The notes beneath the pieces were generated by a model that saw nothing but the letters and a program-made list of their open reading frames with translations, was not told the DNA's origin and searched no databases. A program made the position numbers and the translations under genes. DNA of 64,000 nt. It comes from Chrysomallon squamiferum. Taxonomy: Eukaryota; Animalia; Mollusca. Below are positions 56,984-64,000 of this stretch, piece after piece; position 1 is the stretch's first letter; each line of letters opens with the position of its first letter. The DNA lies in assembly GCA_012295275.1 (NCBI GenBank), contig CM022672.1:32178001-32242000 (forward strand), given 5' to 3'.

Positions 56984-57792
56984 CTCATACTAAATATAAT
57001 TTTAACATGTTTCTGTGTACAGGTCAGAGTTCTGTTGCAGCGCCTCGCACTGCAGTGACCAGGTTTCTATATTTATATCTAGCTATGACCTGTACACGGA
57101 AATCTTTCAAACAAACAGTTTTATGTAAAGAAATAATTAACCTAAGATAATTTCTAAGAAGCGACTACTTTCTGTTTAAAGCATGTACTGTTCAATACTG
57201 CGATCAGAGATCTAAAAATAAACAAATAAATAAAAGACAATGAAAGAAAGAAAGAAAAAAATTCAGATAAATATATACCGAATCGATAAAAGATAAAAAG
57301 AAGTACGTTATGCTTACACTAGTGATTATCATGATAACGACAACAACAATAATTATTATTATAATTATTATTATTATTATACACAGACATGTCTGGACAC
57401 AGTCAGGTAAAAAATATTTCACTGCGGCACAAACGATTTTCAAATCGCAATGTACATACAGTGATTTATACACCATTTTACTCCTGGAAAAGACAACATA
57501 ATTAACCGACAATAACAAATCTAAAAAGAAACAGTATATAAGAAAAAAGAATAAGATGTAAGAAAAATAAAGGAACAAGATGTGATTGTTTTTAAAGTAG
57601 AAAACAATACAAAATACCTTGTAATTTCAACTTCCTGATCGACGATTTCTTATGAGATTATTTTCTATCGACTCAACTGTAAATCGCAGATATCACCGAT
57701 CTAAGAATATATGAAATAAAATTAAAAATAAAATAAAATATATAGTAAAAGACGTCAATTAAAAAAATAATAATAATAAGGGCAACAGTAGG

Positions 57793-57849
<57 letters not shown>

Positions 57850-58019
57850 ATATCATACTAAAGACTTAGGTAAAGATATGTTATACGTAATCTTTCATTT
57901 AAGTTTAAAGAAAACTCACACTTAAATAATCTATTTGTTGAAGAACTAACTCTGATATATTTAGTAATAAATTAAGAACACCGGAATCGTTCAAACATAA
58001 TAAAATATAAAATATCATA

Positions 58020-58160
58020 AACTTTCAATATGGCCGACTAGTTTAACTTCTGCTTTGTAAACTTTTAGTTATCAAACCCTCCACTGATAAACACGCGACT
58101 GACGTCAAATATCTTAGACGTCACAAAGTGTCAGTTTGTTAGGTTTCAGTCTCAGATTAA
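58020..58160 (-). promoter_or_regulatory. Putative promoter of BTB-PHR copy B
   Basis: Homolog of 2855-2985; TGACGTCA at ~58100; AATATGGCCG YY1-like motif at ~58027. Confidence 0.45.
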
Positions 58161-58294
58161 AATAAACAAATCGTTTAACGAGATATTTGTATACTCATCT
58201 TACATACATCTTCTTTACAACAGATAACTTTAATTCTAATTCAGTAGATTAAGTACTACTGGATTGCATGGTTTATACGTGAGTTATAAAGGTA

Positions 58295-58347
<53 letters not shown>

Positions 58348-59076
58348 CAACAACAACAACAACAACAATAACAACAGCAGCAGCAACAACAACAATATCA
58401 ACAGCAACAATAATAAGAAATATGTACATGTTTTATTTCTCTGACGAAGCTTGCATGACCAGTATGTGAATGTAATCTAACACTGACTGTTTGCTTGTTA
58501 TGTAGGTCATGTTAAAATATCGTGTTACTGGTACACGAGACACACAAAGGTATACTCGGGTGTTATTTACAGCGATCTGACAAATTCATTGTTAATACAC
58601 TATCTGTCGATAAGTGTAGAAATAAACCGCGAAAATATGAAATTATTTACATTTGTCAGCATTGTGAGAAGATACATAATTTCAATAAAGACCAACAAAC
58701 TCGTAAATAGAAAATAATAAAATTATATGAGATAATATTATCACATCCTCTTCTTCCATACACCAGATGGTAAGAAATATTTTATAGTCGGGTCTAGCAC
58801 ATATTTTTTCATGTTTAAAAAGCCTCACGCTATAACGCTGTTTGTTACATGTATATCCATAGCAGCCATAATGTTTATACTTTTTTTCTTTGTTTCTTTT
58901 TTTTTTTTTTTTTTTTTTGAATTTTCTATTGTAGATGAAAACAAATGCAATAACATTTTATATACTGGTTAGAATGGGTGATAGACCAAAACGAATGTTA
59001 GACAACAAGGAAGGAACGAATGAAGAAAGGAAGAAAGAAAGACTGAACGACACAAATGCAAAGAAATAAATAAAAA

Positions 59077-59134
<58 letters not shown>

Positions 59135-59458
59135 TAAAATAAGAACAATATAAAATACTTTGTAATTTCAAAATAGATACCTTACCTGATAAATAGAAAT
59201 CTTCCTGATCGATAATTTCTTAGAAACGAGTAATTTCCGTTTAACAACTCTGCTATTGATCACTGATATCAAGGATCTATAGATAAATCTATAAATAAAT
59301 GAAATGAAATAAAGTAATATAAAGTAATCAGATCGATAAAAATATAGCATAAGTAATAAATGAATCACTGAATTATATTTAGGTGATACTATTATTACTA
59401 CTATTACTATTGCTGTTATTATTAATGAATGGAATAATAATGATTATTATACTGACGA

Positions 59459-59494
<36 letters not shown>

Positions 59495-60539
59495 TGAATA
59501 TTTTATCGACATTTCTTATAAATCTGTATGCTAGGTACGAAAAACAAAAGCCTTTAACAAAATTCAAACCAAAAGTTATAGCCCTCACAAAATAGATAAC
59601 AATTTCAATATGTCTGATTTGTTTTAAACAAAGCAATAGTACAGCATATATCAAAATGACAATAAAATATAAAATACCTTCAAATTTCAAAATGGCCGAC
59701 TACTTCTGTATAATACGTCTTGTTTGTGTGTGGTTTTCCTAGAACTGACACCTTTCTGTTTGACAAGTCGCCTGTTGCTAATCACGTGACAGAAATTAGA
59801 TATTGTACAAGTCACGCCACGTATGGCGGTAGATACATACAAATGTTTTATTATATACAATTTGTGTTAACCTGTTAAATAAATTTAAAAAAAAAAAGAA
59901 GGAAAAAAAAAGAGAAAAAAAATAATATATTTTGCCATTACTTATTTTGTCTGTAAGATATTTATATTTATTTCACACACAGTATATTGATGAAAAGGTT
60001 ATCGTTAACAAGTGTCTGTTATGTAGGTCAGATCAAAATAGCGTGTCAGTTGTATTGGCGACAAGAAACGTTATACTACGATCGTGAAAAATGCAATGTA
60101 ATGGTGAATCAGAATACATGGGACACTCCTTTATTTGTATGTGTTATGAGTCAGAGCGATCTAAACACAGGTGTGACAAATACTACCTTTATTATATTTA
60201 GTATAACAAAAATAGCTTTGTTCAAATACTAACACTTATACTCATCATTGTGGTAATATTATTTATTTATTTATTTATTTACTTGTTTCATTTTTTAATT
60301 TATATGTTGGTATTTTTATTTATTCATTTATTTTTCTTTCTTCTTTTCTTTTCTTTTATTTGACTACAAATGATAGAGTATAATATATAATACAACTAAA
60401 ACAAGCTAATAAAAGAGTAAAAGTAAATTAATGTGTTAAAATACAGAAGTCTCCACAACATTAGTAAAAACCACAACAACAACAACACCAACAATAATAA
60501 TAATAAGAAGAAGAAGAAGAAGAATTAACATGTTTTAGA

Positions 60540-60849
60540 GGTATTTGTTCACATAAATAAATTAACCTGTTTTAGACATAAAAAATATTTGATCACATAA
60601 ATAAAAGTGTATATTATTTTAAGAAACATAAGAAAACAAAATAGAAAAATAGATCATAACGAGAACATGCGTATTACATTTTCACTAAACATATTACAAA
60701 ATTCACATTTAACTGAATCTTTTTATACGATATAATACCAAATGTTTGTTATTAAGACAAATAATAAATTCTTGTACTGAAAGTATCTAAGCTCGGTGTT
60801 TGTAGTTAGCTTCCCACCATTTGTTACAGAACTCTATACCAAATTTATG

Positions 60850-60882
<33 letters not shown>

Positions 60883-62170
60883 TAATAGCTAGCAACAACA
60901 CACTATAAATATAAAATTGTGGTCTTAAGTTATATTTTCTATTCTACAAAATGGAATGCATTAAATCCAGTTGTCGTTAGCAAAAAGAGCTTTTAAAAAC
61001 AAAATTCCTTTCTTTGCCACTGTGTTATAATAAGTTGTTTATTATCAGTTTTAATGCGAACATTATAGTATATCTGTTGACGTAGTATTTTTATCTTGTC
61101 CCTTATGCTTTCACATTTCTCTAGAAAGTTTGACCATATGTGTAAAACATTTTTCCAAAAGGAATTTGTGCGTTTCAACAATTTTGCTTCACTGTAGGCT
61201 GACCCTAAATCTAATGTCATTGAAGCTTTTGATTATAAACAGTTACTCAAAAGAGAGGCAATGTCTTGGCTAAGATTTATGTCTTTAATCCACGATGTCT
61301 TTAACACATTAAAAAGTAACTTAACAATTATTGCTCTTAAACAACCATTTTGATAATAGTCAAATAATGGGGCAGCGGGTGTTTGTTTTTTTCTAGCTAT
61401 TTTATCAGGTTTTTTATTCCAAATAAACTGAAAGAAATAGGTTTCTAATATTTTAAAGAAATAGTTTGCTGGATTTGGCAGTGAAGAAAAAAAAAAACAA
61501 TTTTCGATAAAACTAAACTTTTTATTGCAGTAATTTTTCTTAGAGGAGACCAAGAACATTTTGACAATTGTTCAAGCAGCCTTTTAACCTCATTCAACTT
61601 TGCATTAAAATTTAATTCTTGTATTTGATACAGATCCGTGGAAAACCGTACCCGAAGTATTGTGAATTCTGTGGTCCATTTTAATTTTTGTTTTGATCAG
61701 ATTACTTTTATGATTAATTTGGTCTTTCCCTAAGTTTATTATATTTGTTTGATATGCATTAACTTTAAGACCAGATACATCGATCAAACATTTTGTTTCC
61801 GCAGATGCTCACAGAGTTTTATCACACCAACCTAATAGCAATACTGTGTCGTCGGCGAACTGTGAAATTTTGAATTCATTGCCGTTTATCTCAATCCCGT
61901 ATATATATATGTTAATTATTTCTTGCCAAGATTCCAAGACTCTGAACACACAAAATTAAAACGAAGTGAAATAACAGATCCCCTTGTCTATATCCTGTGT
62001 CACGTTTTAAGCGTTTAGTAATTTATCTATAAACACGATTCATGTTTATTAGAAAAGGTTGATATCCATGTTTGATTTGAAACTCCAAAGTACGAATAGG
62101 CTGTTTTTTTTAAAGAATTAATCGATGTTGTATCAAAAGCTTTTATTCAAAATATACAATTAAGAATAAA
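60540..62170 (-). mobile_element. Degenerate L1/Tx1-clade LINE ORF2 (reverse transcriptase and downstream region), 5' truncated
   Basis: KAFD (~62140), GYRQGD (~61995-61978), KISQFADDT (~61870-61845), SGLKVN, SLPNP, FIWNKKPDKIARK, NSFWKNVL. Confidence 0.88.
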
Positions 62171-62343
62171 TTCGAAACGCTAAAGGGAAATAACTCAAGC
62201 TTCCTCTCTATACAAGTGACATAGGAATTATCTCCCTCTGTATCAGTAAACACTTTTGTTGTCTTCTAAATGAAGACTGTGAAACACGAAGTGTTTGTTA
62301 CTCGACATTTACTGTGAATGGTGATCATTAAATAACAGGAGTA

Positions 62344-62429
<86 letters not shown>

Positions 62430-63602
62430 ATTATGATTATGATTATTATTTATTTACGAATAGGAATTACACTGTATGATCATGATCAATCTTAGTAAAC
62501 TGTTGAAACAAAATAAAGTGTATATTATATACACCGATATGTTATATTGCTCTTGTACTTCATACTTATGAAAGGTTAGTTTAGGAAAAAAATAATAATA
62601 ACAAACTCAGATGGAAGGTGGATGATCTGGATAATCAGAGCTCACGAATCTACTTTTAAATGTAGCCTCGCAATTGTATGTGTTGCTGTCTGTGTTTCTG
62701 TCTCTCTGTGTGTGTTAATTTAGGATTGAGTATTTTTTATGTACGTTTCATTAGACTTTTGATAATAGTACGGCGCTACCACAGGAAGACAAAGTCCAAT
62801 CACGACCTCACAAACCCCGTCAGATACCGCTGACAACGTCACCGTCCGGCCATGAAGACAACCTTGAAAAGATTGCCCAGTAACTGAGCTAATCACCGCT
62901 TCCCACAAAGCACGCCGTATTTTGACTTTCGTTATTTCTGTGTGCATCTGTGTTTTCCTGGAAACATGGGACTGGCAAGTTGAATATTCCATTTCTGTAT
63001 GTGTCGTCAGAAATTAGTTAGAGCCAGAAGGTCTTAAGTGCATATATAAATATAAATACATGCTCTAATCCCTCGTATGTATGAATATGTCTGAGACGGA
63101 TAGAAACGCTGAATCTTGTGAAAATACTGCTGTAGCAGATGAGACATAATCAGATAAGCGTTTAATTTTTCCCAGTTCCACGTTAACAGTTAAAACTCTG
63201 ATGCTAAGTTATATATAATAATAATACTGGTAATTCTTCTATACGCCTAAATACTGTTTTTTTTTTTTTTTTTTAAAAGAATATATTACGAAACTGACAT
63301 TAATTTAGAATTTTTATATTGCAATCTTAACCCGATTAACACATTTATGCTACTACTAATAATAATACAACAACAACAACAACTACTACTACTACTACTA
63401 CTACTACTACAACTAACTAACTAACTAAATAATAATAATAATAATAGAGTACTAGTAATATAATAATGTCGATAATGATGATGTGTTTTTATATTTGTGA
63501 TAGAAACGTTAAAATAATGTATAATACACTACTACTACTATTACTACAACTACTACTACTGGTACTTCAATTACTATAACTACTATTAGTACTACTACTA
63601 TA

Positions 63603-63654
<52 letters not shown>

Positions 63655-64000
63655 ATAATAATAATAATTTGGGTAAAGGCTATAAATATTTATTTTATAT
63701 ATATAAACTCAATCTGAAAATATGATATTTTTAATGTCTATATTATTATGTATTTAAAATGTATTATATATTATTCATTATGAACGCCAGCGTAAGGATT
63801 ACATTTGATAATTAGTATAATATATTATGTATTAAATACATTATATCATTCATTACGAAAGTGTGTGTATGGGTTCTCTTCGAGTAATAATGTATTATGT
63901 ATTTAATACACATGTTACATCATTCATTATAAACGTGGGTGTATGAGTTCTTTTTGACCAGTGAGCTGCGGTAGAGGGGTTGGAATATACGGGTTTCTTT

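Overview
Eukaryotic (animal, probably invertebrate and mollusc-like; taxon is inference) AT-rich, microsatellite-dense genomic window with a 200-N scaffold gap at 43681-43880. The dominant structure is a ~14-15 kb inverted duplication (about 2075-16213 versus 43881-59060). Each arm carries a convergently oriented BTB/POZ-BACK-PHR gene (BTBD1/2/3/6-like Cullin-3 adaptor family) with two coding exons. Both copies have frameshifts, mostly at different positions, and are nearly identical except for a tight cluster of non-synonymous changes in the PHR domain and diverged promoters. The right arm starts exactly at the gap, so an allelic or false duplication must be excluded. The rest holds decayed transposons (Gmr1-like Gypsy, MULE, Academ, pogo/Tigger, hAT MITE, L1/Tx1 LINE, SINE), minisatellites, telomere-like degenerate repeats, several CRE/YY1-rich promoter-like islands and a chain of cryptic minus-strand exons. 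No prokaryotic systems, CRISPR arrays, rRNA or tRNA genes were seen. Most listed ORFs are microsatellite artefacts. All identities are estimated by eye.
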